Source: Bacillota bacterium
GTDB taxonomy: Bacteria; Bacillota; Clostridia; Peptostreptococcales; Anaerovoracaceae
Assembly (NCBI GenBank): GCA_022790955.1
Contig: JAAVYD010000143.1
Coordinates: 4,635 to 68,634 of the forward strand
DNA length: 64,000 nucleotides
Direction: 5' to 3'
Shown here: positions 38,420-48,363 of the stretch, one piece after another
Numbering within the stretch: position 1 is the first letter of the stretch
Layout: every line of letters starts with the position of its first letter
Made by a program: the position numbers and the translations under genes
The notes under the pieces: generated by a model
Told to the model about the DNA's origin: nothing
The model's input: only the letters and a program-made list of their open reading frames with translations
Database searches by the model: none

Positions 38420-39144
38420 GATATCGTACCTCCATTTACATAATCAAAAATATAGTTTGCATATGCTTGGATGATTTCCTTTTTTTGAGATTTGGAAATC
38501 AGCAGGCGCTCTCCATTTTTCAGAATAAAATCATTACCCTCCCAAGTATCTATATAGTCCATATTGACCATGCAGTTTCTATAACACCATAAAAATTGCC
38601 TATATGGGGACAGCATCGGGGAAAAGCTGCTGAAGAACATGTAGGAACGAATGACCTTTGACGGAGTATGTACCTGAATGTAATGGTTGTGGTAATCCAC
38701 ATACATGATATCGGTAATAAGGACCCGTGTTATATAATATCCTTCTTTCAGCTCGATGTAATGCGCAAATTTCTTGACAGTATTCTCAAAACGACTCAAG
38801 GCATCTTCAAGCTGTGCATAAGTGTATGGTTTCAAAAGATAATCCAGGGCATGGAGTCGGAATGCTTTGACTGCATGCTCTTTGCTGGAGGTTGAAAAAA
38901 TGATTTGACACTTAGGATTATATCTTTTAAGCTTTTTTGCAATTAGCATACCATTCGAATTTGGCATGAATATATCAAGAAAAACAAGATCGTAGTGCTC
39001 GGTACCAAGTGTGCCCTCGAAATCCTTTTCATGAGAAAATTGCTTTATTGATACATGGATTTTGTGTTCCTTGCAGTAACGATAGACATATTCAGATAAA
39101 AGTATAAGATCTTGTGAACAGTCATCAATTAGTGCGATAGTCAT
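38416..39144 (-). CDS. LytTR-family response regulator
   Basis: GGAGGAT RBS before the ATG at 39144. REC domain IALIDDC...DLVFLDIFMP, and a C-terminal LytTR-like domain. The stop overlaps the kinase start. Confidence 0.85.
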   Translation of the reverse strand: MTIALIDDCSQDLILLSEYVYRYCKEHKIHVSIKQFSHEKDFEGTLGTEHYDLVFLDIFMPNSNGMLIAKKLKRYNPKCQIIFSTSSKEHAVKAFRLHALDYLLKPYTYAQLEDALSRFENTVKKFAHYIELKEGYYITRVLITDIMYVDYHNHYIQVHTPSKVIRSYMFFSSFSPMLSPYRQFLWCYRNCMVNMDYIDTWEGNDFILKNGERLLISKSQKKEIIQAYANYIFDYVNGGTIS

Positions 39145-39354
39145 AATATCCTCCGTAACATCATAATCAAGGCATTGGAAAACTTTTGTGCCAACGCATT
39201 TAATATTAACATACAAAAAGATTTAATAGAATTAAAAAATTGGTAACACTTCATTTAATACGGTAAAAGGTTTGTTTTATGCAGCAATAGGGTGTATAAA
39301 AATGTGGGAAATAATGGATGGACGGCTTGAGTAAACATAGTGAGGGATATAAGT

Positions 39355-40275
39355 ATGGAAAAAATATTGATCGTGGATGACAGTGTTGTGCAGGCAACAC
39401 AGCTGAAAACAATTATAGACGATGAGTATGATATTGTCATCGCACAAACTGCAAAGGACGGGCTGCGTCTGGTGAGCGAGGCGGATTTTTCCCTCATTCT
39501 GCTGGATGTTGTGATGCCTGGAATGGACGGTTTTACGCTGTTAAAGAAATTGCAGGAAGAAGTTATTACACAGAGTATTCCGGTCATTTTGATTACCAGC
39601 TTATCCGGCGTGGCAGACGAACAGCGCGGGCTTATTTTAGGAGCAGTTGACTATATCACAAAGCCCTTTGAACCCTTAATCGTTAAGGCAAGGGTCAACA
39701 CACATATCAAGCTGTACCGCTACCGCAGGCAGATCGAGCAGCAATCCATGACCGACCAACTGACAGGAATTGCCAACCGGCACAGATATGAACAATACAG
39801 TGTCACGAAGTGGAATGAAGCAATTAGGCTGCAAGTCCCGTTTTCCATTTGTATGTTTGATATTGACCGCTTCAAAGTATATAACGATACCTTTGGCCAT
39901 CCTGCCGGAGATAAGGTGATCGCTTCCGTTGCTCAGACAGCGGCTTCCTATTTGAGACGCAGTACAGATTTTCTTGCTCGCTACGGCGGTGAGGAATTTG
40001 TGGCATTGATCCTGGGCGACAGTTCGCAGCAGATTTTTGGACACTTGAAGAAAATCCGGCAGGCGGTAGAGAACCTGCACATTCCCCAGGAGCCGTCTGT
40101 GGCTGAATGGGTCACGGTCAGTGTCGGAGGAGTTACGGTTGTTCCTGATAAGGAAAGCGCCTATGATTTTTACTTAAAAATCGCGGACACGATGCTGTAT
40201 GACGCAAAGAAAAGTGGACGGAACAGGGTTGTTTGGGCAGATGAAAGGCTGAAACAGTTGTGGGAAAAAAGATAG
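39355..40275 (+). CDS. Response-regulator diguanylate cyclase (REC-GGDEF)
   Basis: REC domain ILIVDDS...LILLDVVMPGMDG. Active-site motif GGEEF, with an RSTD I-site 5 residues upstream. Confidence 0.9.
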   Translation: MEKILIVDDSVVQATQLKTIIDDEYDIVIAQTAKDGLRLVSEADFSLILLDVVMPGMDGFTLLKKLQEEVITQSIPVILITSLSGVADEQRGLILGAVDYITKPFEPLIVKARVNTHIKLYRYRRQIEQQSMTDQLTGIANRHRYEQYSVTKWNEAIRLQVPFSICMFDIDRFKVYNDTFGHPAGDKVIASVAQTAASYLRRSTDFLARYGGEEFVALILGDSSQQIFGHLKKIRQAVENLHIPQEPSVAEWVTVSVGGVTVVPDKESAYDFYLKIADTMLYDAKKSGRNRVVWADERLKQLWEKR

Positions 40276-40317
40276 TCTGTTTGACATCAAAATATCAATT
40301 CATATGGGAGGGATATT

Positions 40318-41013
40318 GTGAGCTTATTGAAGCTTTTTAGCAAGAGGGGCAAAGAGCGGCCGCCTCAAGAGAGTAAAGATGTAAATGACGCAGAAGAACT
40401 TGACATTTATTCGGGTATGCGGGTGGAAGTAACGACAGATGCGGGACAGATGCTTTTTGTAGCAAAACTGCTTGGCCTGCATGGGAAAAAAGCGGAGCTG
40501 CACCAGTATTCAGAATCTGAGAGTGTCAAGGACGTTGAAACTATCCATGCCAGGATCAGAGGGTACAGCGACTACGAGCGCAAAGCGGTCTATATGGAGG
40601 GTATGATTACACCTGGCTCCAGGCATATATGGCAGGTCGAGGAATTGACCGTCATTCGCATTGGTAATGACCGCGCTTTCTTTCGGTTAGAGACAAATCT
40701 CGATGCCACCGCCACCATGTTCAGTGGATTGGCGATGGGAGAAAAGCCTTGCAAACTGCTGAACATCAGTGTAGGCGGAGCCTGTGTCAGCTCGGGGTAC
40801 AGATATCACGAGGAAGATAAATTCTTGCTGAAAGTCAGGCTGTTAGAGGACAGGCCGGAGTCGGTTATGTTCACTCAAGTTATTCGCGTCGTTGAGAAAG
40901 ACGAGGGGAGTTTTGAATATGGATGCCGGTTTTTGGAATTGACAGAAGCCGATCAGGATCAAATAACACAGAATATTTTCGCAGCCCAGTGCAAAAAAAG
41001 AGGACGTTCCTGA
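40318..41013 (+). CDS. PilZ-domain c-di-GMP receptor
   Basis: 231 aa. RxxxR (RAFFR) and N-x-S-x-x-G (NISVGG) motifs with the correct spacing. Confidence 0.8.
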   Translation: MSLLKLFSKRGKERPPQESKDVNDAEELDIYSGMRVEVTTDAGQMLFVAKLLGLHGKKAELHQYSESESVKDVETIHARIRGYSDYERKAVYMEGMITPGSRHIWQVEELTVIRIGNDRAFFRLETNLDATATMFSGLAMGEKPCKLLNISVGGACVSSGYRYHEEDKFLLKVRLLEDRPESVMFTQVIRVVEKDEGSFEYGCRFLELTEADQDQITQNIFAAQCKKRGRS

Positions 41014-41045
41014 ACATTTATGAAAGCATAAAGGAGAGTAGAAAA

Positions 41046-44000
41046 ATGAGTGTATTCTGTCACTATAACCGCGGCGGCAAGCGGTTCCAAAGAAAATCAA
41101 AATCCGAAAACAATTTAGGGGTACGGTTTGCCGCACTTCTTTTGTGCTTGTCTATGCTGACGGGCTTCCTCCCCGCGCTGGCATTGGCGGCGGACGATGA
41201 GGGAAAACTTTCTAACATTGTGACTTTTGACAGCATTACTCTCCACTACACTGGTGCTGGCGGTCAGCCGGAGGGGACGGCTATTCAAAACGGCGCTTTG
41301 ATTGAAAAAGATAAAAAGTTGGTATTGCGCTATACATATGCAATTACAGAGGAACAATGTAACCAGATAACAGCAGGAACGGACTATTATCTGGATGTGT
41401 CTCCACACTTGTCGTTGCCTAATTTGAATGGAGGATCAGAACTGACCATTGAAACGGATGATGGCCCGGTACCGTTTGGAAAGATCTATTCAGATGGCAA
41501 TAGAGCCTGGGTTACATTTGACGCAAAATCGGACGGCTCTGGTACAGTTTTATCAGAGTATGGTGAACTCAACAACGCTTTTTTCTATTTGAACTGTAAC
41601 CGGGCAGGGGCAGTACCTGCGGGAGAAAGTCCCATAGAGGGGAATAGCAACCTCTATGCGATGAAGTTTGAAAATGTCTCTGAGTTGCGGTTCGGCTATG
41701 CGGAGAATGAGCCGGTGACGGCAAAAGCGCAGATTAACAAAGGCGGCAAGTTGCAGGATAAGACAATCATTTGGACAATTGACTATACCCCGTGGCAAAA
41801 TCCTGCCGCAAGCGACCCTGTGACGCTGGACACACCCTTTGAACTGCGGGACACCATTGATACCTCTTTGCACAGTTATGTTGATGGTAGCGTGACAATC
41901 GGCGGATTGCCTGTAACCGCTTATAATTCCCGCGATGATATTCCAACAGACGCAGAAACTTATGTACTTGTAGAATCGCCAGTGGACGGCGGCAACACTA
42001 CTTTGACCTTTGGCGGTGCAAAATTTAATGCCGGAGAAGCAACCCAGGGGAACCCGGCAACATCGCTGACGATCACCTATCAGACCACCGTCAACGATGA
42101 TCTTCTCCTGCCGGGAGGAACAGGCGGTAAGAAAGTAACAAACGCCGCCGACTTGTTTGCCGGTGAAAATGGCGCGTTTAATAGTTTGAGCATCAGCAGT
42201 AAAAACACAGTTACGATTCCCCAACCTACATGGCTTACCAAAACAGGGAAAACGACCCGTGATCCTGGCAACGGCTCCACTACTGATTGGACGGTCACAT
42301 TCCAGCCGAATGGTTTTTCTTTTGAGGATAGTAACAATCTGACACTCCATGACCAACTTCCCAATGGCAGTACATTGGTGGACGGCTCTGTAAAGATAAA
42401 TGGAACGGAAGCAATGGTGACAGCCGGAACAAATAACGATTTTACTATTTCCCCAATTACAGCGAATAGCCAGCCTGTCACTATTACCTATCAGAGCCAT
42501 GTGGAAGAAGATATGTACGACAGCGGTACCAGCCTGGGCAGCAATACCGCATGGTTTACGTTCCAGTATGGAGATAAGGAGTATACGACACCCCAGGCCA
42601 AAAAAGATGTTGGGAGTGGGGATGGCAGCGGAACCCCCGGTACAGCCACACTGGTCAAGACGAATACAGGCTACAATACGACAGACCGCACGATTGATTG
42701 GACGGTGACAATCAATCCTCACAAGGCCAATCTCAAAAGCGGCACTTTTACTGATGATTTGAAAGCCGTTGGCCCTCGGTGTACTGCCGGGCATACAAGT
42801 GGTCTGGAATTAGTGGGCGGTACAAGTGGTATTACAGTTTTGATTGATGGAGCCACTCCCGAAAACTCCGATTTTGTACAACTAGAGTACGACAATCAGA
42901 AAATTACTATTAAAGTCGGGAATGTCGGAGCAAAAACTATCACCCTCACCTATACCACAAAGGTATGTGACCCTTGCTTATTTGCGAATAACACCGCGAA
43001 AACAGCGTTCAAAAATACTATATCGACAAGTGATATGGTAATCGGAAGTCAGACCACTGGCCGCACCGCCAGCGCCGACAGTACGGCCAATATTAGCGTT
43101 GCAGTTTTGTCCAAAAAGGCACCGGTCTATGACTACGCTACCGGCACCATGAAATGGACGGTAGAGGTTGACGCAGCAGGGCTGCCTATGGCTGAAGTGG
43201 TCTTGACGGACGAGTTACCGGCGGGATTGGCTTATGTGGAGGACTCCCTCAGCACCATTCCGGCAATTACGGACGCGTCAGCGAGTGTGGCAGGGCAGAA
43301 GCTGACCATCAATTTAGGTACAGTCACGGCAAAAACTACGGTCACTTTTGATACGGAAGTTGACCCGGAAATTTTAGATTTTAGTGGAGACAAGCCGGTT
43401 ACAGTGGCAAACACCATTCACATGAACGGCAAAGCGGACGGAATTGAATTTGTCAAAGTTTCCCACAGCGTTCAGCAGAACTTTTCCAATCATGGCCTCG
43501 TCAAGAGCAGCACAGTAAATAACCAGCAGGAATTTATTCAATATGAAGTGCTGATCAACACCTTTGGCCTTGCGCTTCCGGAAAATCCCTCTCTTGTGGA
43601 CACGTTGGACAAACGGCTCCAACTGGACACTGATACGTTGCGGTTCTATAAAGCAACCCTGTCTGGAACAACTAATAATAAAGACCAAAAGCCCGGTTAC
43701 ACAAAAACCGGAGATGGTCAGCCGTTAAAAGTTACCAGTTTTGACCCGGACACAAACAGATTTATCGTACAGCTTCCGATTAATGCCGATAGCCGGGATG
43801 CCTATGTGCTGACCTATACAACGGATATTATTGACCGTCAGACGGGCGGTTACAGTAACAGCGTTCGTTTTGATGGCGGCTCTGTTCTGCTGGGCGGCAA
43901 TAAAAACAACAGTGCCGTCGTTGGAGGCGGCGGAGGCGGAGGCGGCGGTGTTGCCGCGCGGAAAGCTATTATCACCATTGCCAAAGCGGATAGTGAAGAT

Positions 44001-45242
44001 CAAACACCTCTTGCAGGTGTGTCCTTTACGCTGTATCAATGGGACAGCGGCAATAATACGCAGGGTCTGCCCTTTGCCCAGGGGAAAACCGATGCCCAGG
44101 GAAAACTGTCATTCAAGGTAAAGCCCAACACGGTCTATGAATTGGTGGAAACCGAAAGTGTTCCCGGTTATGGGAGCGCCTTTGGCTGGAACGACCTCCC
44201 CGCTGGCGTGACCGAAACAGACGCGGGTCTTTTGGTTACAGCAGGAGCGGCAAAATCGGAGCTGACGCTGGAATTGACGAATGAGGCCCATACAACCGAC
44301 CTTGTGTTCCGGCTGGTCAATGAATCCGGCATCCCGATGACGGGTGAAAAAGTACAGATATTTACATCCGATCCCACAGGGCAACCTGATTTAGTTCCGG
44401 TCAAGGAAGTAACTGTTTCCTCCGATGGAACGGTTAGATTCCCAGGGATGCGCCGTGGAGCAAAATACTATGTCCGGCGGCCGGATGGCAATATTTTACC
44501 CGTAGAAGTGCCCGCTCAAGCTGACGCCGATCCAACAGTGACTTTACCGGATGGCACATCAGCAACACTTACGGCAGATTATCAGGTTACAGGTATCACA
44601 GCGCCGGATCAACAGTGGACGTTGACCATCAACAAGGTAATTAGCGGCGGCGCAATCCCTTTGCCTGGGGCAACTATTGGGCTATATGCAGACGCAGATT
44701 GCCAGTTCTTGATTAAAGCAGATGTGAGCGGCCAGGACGGAACTGTTACTTTTTCGGGGCTGATAAAAGATCAAAGCTACTGGCTGAAAGAAACTGCAGC
44801 GCCTGCCGGCTATCATTTGGACGCTGCAATTTATGAGGGTAGTGAAGCAAATTCCACGGTAGCCATTGCAAATACTCCCAGCAATTCCGGCAACACTGGT
44901 ACTCCGAGCGAACCGAGTATTCCCGGCGAACCGGATACTCCGAGCGAACCAGGCACTCCGAGCGAACCGGGCACTCCCGGCGAACCAGACACCCCGAGTA
45001 AACCAGGTACTTCCGGCGAACCGGACACTCCGAGTGAACCGGGCACTCCAAATGAACCAGGCACCCCTGTAAGCCCCGGGAATGGAGGTAGCAACAATTC
45101 CACCAATGACCCCAATATTCCGCAAACGGGAGATAATACGCAGCTTTTGACTTTGACTGTGGTCACATTGGTTTCAGGAATTTTACTGGAAGTTATGACA
45201 ATATATTGGAAATTTATGGCAAAACGGCGTGGACAAAAGTAA
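41046..45242 (+). CDS. Large wall-anchored adhesin with collagen-binding-type (Cna-A-like) repeats and Cna-B domains
   Basis: AAAGGAGAG RBS and a signal peptide ending ALALAADD. Repeated I/T-x-W-T-V/I motifs (IIWTIDY, TDWTVTF, IDWTVTI, MKWTVEV). A Gly8 linker. Cna-B units (LAGVSFTLYQ..., LPGATIGLYAD...). A (TPSEPG)n stalk. Sorting signal IPQTG plus TM helix plus KRRGQK. Confidence 0.9.
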   Translation: MSVFCHYNRGGKRFQRKSKSENNLGVRFAALLLCLSMLTGFLPALALAADDEGKLSNIVTFDSITLHYTGAGGQPEGTAIQNGALIEKDKKLVLRYTYAITEEQCNQITAGTDYYLDVSPHLSLPNLNGGSELTIETDDGPVPFGKIYSDGNRAWVTFDAKSDGSGTVLSEYGELNNAFFYLNCNRAGAVPAGESPIEGNSNLYAMKFENVSELRFGYAENEPVTAKAQINKGGKLQDKTIIWTIDYTPWQNPAASDPVTLDTPFELRDTIDTSLHSYVDGSVTIGGLPVTAYNSRDDIPTDAETYVLVESPVDGGNTTLTFGGAKFNAGEATQGNPATSLTITYQTTVNDDLLLPGGTGGKKVTNAADLFAGENGAFNSLSISSKNTVTIPQPTWLTKTGKTTRDPGNGSTTDWTVTFQPNGFSFEDSNNLTLHDQLPNGSTLVDGSVKINGTEAMVTAGTNNDFTISPITANSQPVTITYQSHVEEDMYDSGTSLGSNTAWFTFQYGDKEYTTPQAKKDVGSGDGSGTPGTATLVKTNTGYNTTDRTIDWTVTINPHKANLKSGTFTDDLKAVGPRCTAGHTSGLELVGGTSGITVLIDGATPENSDFVQLEYDNQKITIKVGNVGAKTITLTYTTKVCDPCLFANNTAKTAFKNTISTSDMVIGSQTTGRTASADSTANISVAVLSKKAPVYDYATGTMKWTVEVDAAGLPMAEVVLTDELPAGLAYVEDSLSTIPAITDASASVAGQKLTINLGTVTAKTTVTFDTEVDPEILDFSGDKPVTVANTIHMNGKADGIEFVKVSHSVQQNFSNHGLVKSSTVNNQQEFIQYEVLINTFGLALPENPSLVDTLDKRLQLDTDTLRFYKATLSGTTNNKDQKPGYTKTGDGQPLKVTSFDPDTNRFIVQLPINADSRDAYVLTYTTDIIDRQTGGYSNSVRFDGGSVLLGGNKNNSAVVGGGGGGGGGVAARKAIITIAKADSEDQTPLAGVSFTLYQWDSGNNTQGLPFAQGKTDAQGKLSFKVKPNTVYELVETESVPGYGSAFGWNDLPAGVTETDAGLLVTAGAAKSELTLELTNEAHTTDLVFRLVNESGIPMTGEKVQIFTSDPTGQPDLVPVKEVTVSSDGTVRFPGMRRGAKYYVRRPDGNILPVEVPAQADADPTVTLPDGTSATLTADYQVTGITAPDQQWTLTINKVISGGAIPLPGATIGLYADADCQFLIKADVSGQDGTVTFSGLIKDQSYWLKETAAPAGYHLDAAIYEGSEANSTVAIANTPSNSGNTGTPSEPSIPGEPDTPSEPGTPSEPGTPGEPDTPSKPGTSGEPDTPSEPGTPNEPGTPVSPGNGGSNNSTNDPNIPQTGDNTQLLTLTVVTLVSGILLEVMTIYWKFMAKRRGQK
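44898..45077 (+). repeat. 10 x 18-bp in-frame tandem repeat (T-P-S/G-E-P-G/D stalk)
   Basis: GGYACTCCGAGCGAACCR units read directly. They lie within the adhesin coding frame. Confidence 0.9.
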
Positions 45243-45341
45243 GATATTTCGCTTTTTCTAGTGTATTATCCTGATTGTCTTTATGACTTCCAGTATAATA
45301 CTGGTTATCAGTCTGCGTTGTAGTAGAAAGGAGAAGAAAAA

Positions 45342-46817
45342 ATGAAAAAATTTACCAGAAATATGGCTGTAATTATGGGTGTCATTGTTTTAATTTGTTC
45401 TTTTTCATTGACAGGATGCAAAAAGGAAGAAGCTAAAACAGAGGTGATTGTGGAAAGCGAGGGACAGATGAGCGGAGTCCTTGTGAGTTTTGAAGGTAAG
45501 ACATTGGTGACCGAAGAAGCCGGAAAAGAGTATAATTTTGATGTTTCGAATGCAGAAATCAAAACAAGAAATATGAGGGCAGGAGATGAACTTGTCGTTT
45601 ATTTTGAAGGCAAATTGAAAGGTAATGATACGTCGAAGATCAAGGTGACAAGTGTCGAAGATCTTGGCGGCAACGACCACCAAACGGAAAAGCAGGCAGT
45701 AGGCACACTTGTAAATTTGACGGAGAATACCATTACAATCCGGCAAAATGATGGTACAGAGCTATTGTTTAATTCGAATAACTGCCAGCATGAATTTAAG
45801 AATGGAATTCGAGAAGGAAACTGGATTGTTGTAACCTATATAGGGGAAATAAAGGGAACGGATACCAAAAATATAACTGTTATTAAAATTACAGATAATG
45901 ATCCTAATACTGTAAAGAAAGAACAGAAAGAGATGAAAATCAAGGCTGTTAATGAAACTGTATATGCAACAGCAGGGGTACATATAAGAGAGTCCTATAC
46001 AACGGATTCCAAAGTTTTGGGTTCTCTTGCAAAAGGCGCTTCTATACAACGTACAGGAGCGTGCGAAAATGGGTGGTCACGTGTCCAGTATGAGTCCAAA
46101 GATGCATACATTTATGGGGAATATCTGACAACAGAAAAACCGAAGAAAGATGCGCCGGCAGCAAAAACAAATGGAAAGCCGCCGGCAACCGTGCAGGAGG
46201 GGGATAAACCGAAACCGGTTCGACAGCCGGTGGAATCAAATACACCAGAACAGCAGCCAGCGGAATCAAATACACCAGAACAGCAGCCAGCGGAACCAAA
46301 TACACCAGAGCAGCAGCCAGCGGAACCAAATACACCAGAGCAGCAGCCTGCAGAACCTGTACAACAGCAGGAACAAACATTTACAGGGACTGTACTTGAT
46401 GTAAGTATGAATACATTAACGGTTGCAGTAAAACAACAGGAGTATACGCTTTATATTGCAGATGCAGAGCATGAGTATGCCAATGGAATCCAGACAGGCA
46501 ATACCGTCACGGTTACATATGTAGGAAATCTGGAAGATTTGGAGCACCTTGTTGTTACCAAAGTGGAAGATTCCGATCCAAATGAAGCAGCAAAAAATGC
46601 TGTATATACAGGAACTATTGTTGACGCTACTATGAATACACTTACGATTCAGACAGAGGACGGCGCAGTTATGACATTTATCAAAGAGGATGCAGTGAAT
46701 AATTTGGAGGCGATGTCTTATGGCCAGAAAGTTAAAATCACAGCGGATATGACAGCCTCAAAAGCAGAGGAAAATGTTTTTCAGGCAAAGCAGATTGATC
46801 CTGCAGACAGCGAATAA
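45342..46817 (+). CDS. Lipoprotein with bacterial SH3 domain and Pro/Glu/Gln repeat linker
   Basis: Lipobox SLTGC. SH3b-like segment VYATAGVHIRESYTTDSKVLGSLAKGASIQRTGACENGWSRVQY. Three similar beta-rich modules. Confidence 0.75.
   Translation: MKKFTRNMAVIMGVIVLICSFSLTGCKKEEAKTEVIVESEGQMSGVLVSFEGKTLVTEEAGKEYNFDVSNAEIKTRNMRAGDELVVYFEGKLKGNDTSKIKVTSVEDLGGNDHQTEKQAVGTLVNLTENTITIRQNDGTELLFNSNNCQHEFKNGIREGNWIVVTYIGEIKGTDTKNITVIKITDNDPNTVKKEQKEMKIKAVNETVYATAGVHIRESYTTDSKVLGSLAKGASIQRTGACENGWSRVQYESKDAYIYGEYLTTEKPKKDAPAAKTNGKPPATVQEGDKPKPVRQPVESNTPEQQPAESNTPEQQPAEPNTPEQQPAEPNTPEQQPAEPVQQQEQTFTGTVLDVSMNTLTVAVKQQEYTLYIADAEHEYANGIQTGNTVTVTYVGNLEDLEHLVVTKVEDSDPNEAAKNAVYTGTIVDATMNTLTIQTEDGAVMTFIKEDAVNNLEAMSYGQKVKITADMTASKAEENVFQAKQIDPADSE
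46227..46346 (+). repeat. 4 x 30-bp in-frame tandem repeat (PAESNTPEQQ)
   Basis: Near-identical 30-nt units at 46227, 46257, 46287 and 46317. Confidence 0.9.
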
Positions 46818-46857
46818 GGAGTTGTTATAGAGGGAGCGCTTTAGGGAGAAGTAAAGA

Positions 46858-48291
46858 ATGGAACTTAAGAATGAATTAAAAAAATGTTCACAAAAGATAA
46901 TCAAGCAAGGAAAAGAAAATATGATAGCGTCGGTAAGCCTGAAAGTACTTTTGGCTATTGGATTTTTTGCCGTATTGTGGCTCTTACGGTCTTACACTGT
47001 AGACTTCTGTCTTCGTACTTTGGAGCAGGAAACGAAAGAAGTGCAGGAGAATATTCATTTACAGATTTCATTCGCACAAAGCCGTTTGGAAATGCTTGGG
47101 GATATCATAGAGAAAGAAGAGGATATCACTTCTGAACGGGTACTTCAAATTCTTAAGTCTGATACAGGTATAGATCTGGTGTCCCGGCTTGGAATTATCC
47201 TCCCGGATGACAGGGTTCTTAATCAGGACGGAACCCTGTCAGATCCAATGAATGGGATTACATTTAAAGCATTGGTTGGAAAGAGAACCTTTATTACGAA
47301 CATGGAACCGGATAATCTTGAGCCGGATAAATTTGTTCTTTTTTTTAATATTCCGATTAGGAAAGAAGGACAAACAGAAGGAATATTATTCGGCGTAATA
47401 GAACCACAGGTTTTATCCGACTATTTCAAAGTAGATATTTTTGATGGAAATGCGGATATTTTTATTGTCGATACTCAAAATATGGAATTTATTATGGATA
47501 CTCTTCATGGACAGGGAGAGTCTGATGCATTTGAAGGGCATAAGATTAAAAGAGGGTATAGTGAGGAGCAGGTCGCACAGGATTTTGCAGATGGTAAGGG
47601 CGGAATAACAGCCTATTATTCAAGAAGCCTTAAGGAATATTTATATACGGCGTATGAGCCGGCCGACATTAATGATTGGTTTGTTATGCTGACAGTGCCA
47701 GAAAGTATTGTTTTCAGAGAAGCCGTATATATTGAGAAAGTTTTGTTCTGGCTTGGACTTTATGAAGCGATTGTTCTGGTTGCCTATTTCTCGTGGGATA
47801 TAAAACGAACACGGAGAGAAATACATGCTAAGGAAAAGCTGGCAACTACGGATCTTCTTACGAATTTGAAGAATAGAAATGCATATGAGCAGATATTGGC
47901 ACAGTACGAAGAGGACGCTCCGGCTGACTTATCCTGTGTTTATGCAGATGTGAATGGACTTCATGAGCTAAACAACAGCCAGGGGCATGCGGCCGGAGAC
48001 AAAATGCTGCAGACAGTGGCAAAGGTATTTGTTGAGTATTTTGGCGAGGAACATGTCTATCGTATTGGAGGTGATGAATTTCTGATATTTATGGAAACCA
48101 ATTTGGATAAAGTGTCTGAGAAAGCATTGGCGGCTAAAGAAAAGATCATGGAGGCAGGCTATCATGTCTCTGTTGGAACAGCATCAGGGGGAAATGCAGT
48201 GTCCGTTGTAAAGGTGGCCGAGTTAAGAATGTATGAGGATAAGAAGCGGTATTATATGGGACAGGGTGACAGGCGTAAAAGCCGGTGCTAG
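46858..48291 (+). CDS. Membrane-anchored sensor diguanylate cyclase (periplasmic-type sensor plus GGDEF)
   Basis: 477 aa with two TM helices flanking a ~250-aa extracytoplasmic domain. RIGGDEF active site, with no RxxD I-site seen. Confidence 0.85.
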   Translation: MELKNELKKCSQKIIKQGKENMIASVSLKVLLAIGFFAVLWLLRSYTVDFCLRTLEQETKEVQENIHLQISFAQSRLEMLGDIIEKEEDITSERVLQILKSDTGIDLVSRLGIILPDDRVLNQDGTLSDPMNGITFKALVGKRTFITNMEPDNLEPDKFVLFFNIPIRKEGQTEGILFGVIEPQVLSDYFKVDIFDGNADIFIVDTQNMEFIMDTLHGQGESDAFEGHKIKRGYSEEQVAQDFADGKGGITAYYSRSLKEYLYTAYEPADINDWFVMLTVPESIVFREAVYIEKVLFWLGLYEAIVLVAYFSWDIKRTRREIHAKEKLATTDLLTNLKNRNAYEQILAQYEEDAPADLSCVYADVNGLHELNNSQGHAAGDKMLQTVAKVFVEYFGEEHVYRIGGDEFLIFMETNLDKVSEKALAAKEKIMEAGYHVSVGTASGGNAVSVVKVAELRMYEDKKRYYMGQGDRRKSRC

Positions 48292-48363
48292 TAATTGTAT
48301 GGGCGAGGAAGTGGCTCATTGAGGCTGGGGTGGATGTTTTACTGAAATGAGGAGACGAAAAAG

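Noticed and set aside
40923-41045. N-terminal extension of the second adhesin back to 40923, overlapping pilZ.
   Set aside because: The extension reads through the pilZ 3-prime end with no signal peptide. ATG 41046 has an AAAGGAGAG RBS and is followed by a basic segment and then a classical signal peptide.
41553-42794. Long antisense ORFs inside the adhesin, metK and sortase genes: 413 aa at 41553-42794, 296 aa at 16809-17699, 252 aa at 19254-20012 and 215 aa at 35784-36431.
   Set aside because: They lie fully opposite to genes with strong motif support. Their translations are low-complexity and Cys/Arg/Phe-rich without motifs. These are typical shadow ORFs of GC-richer coding DNA.
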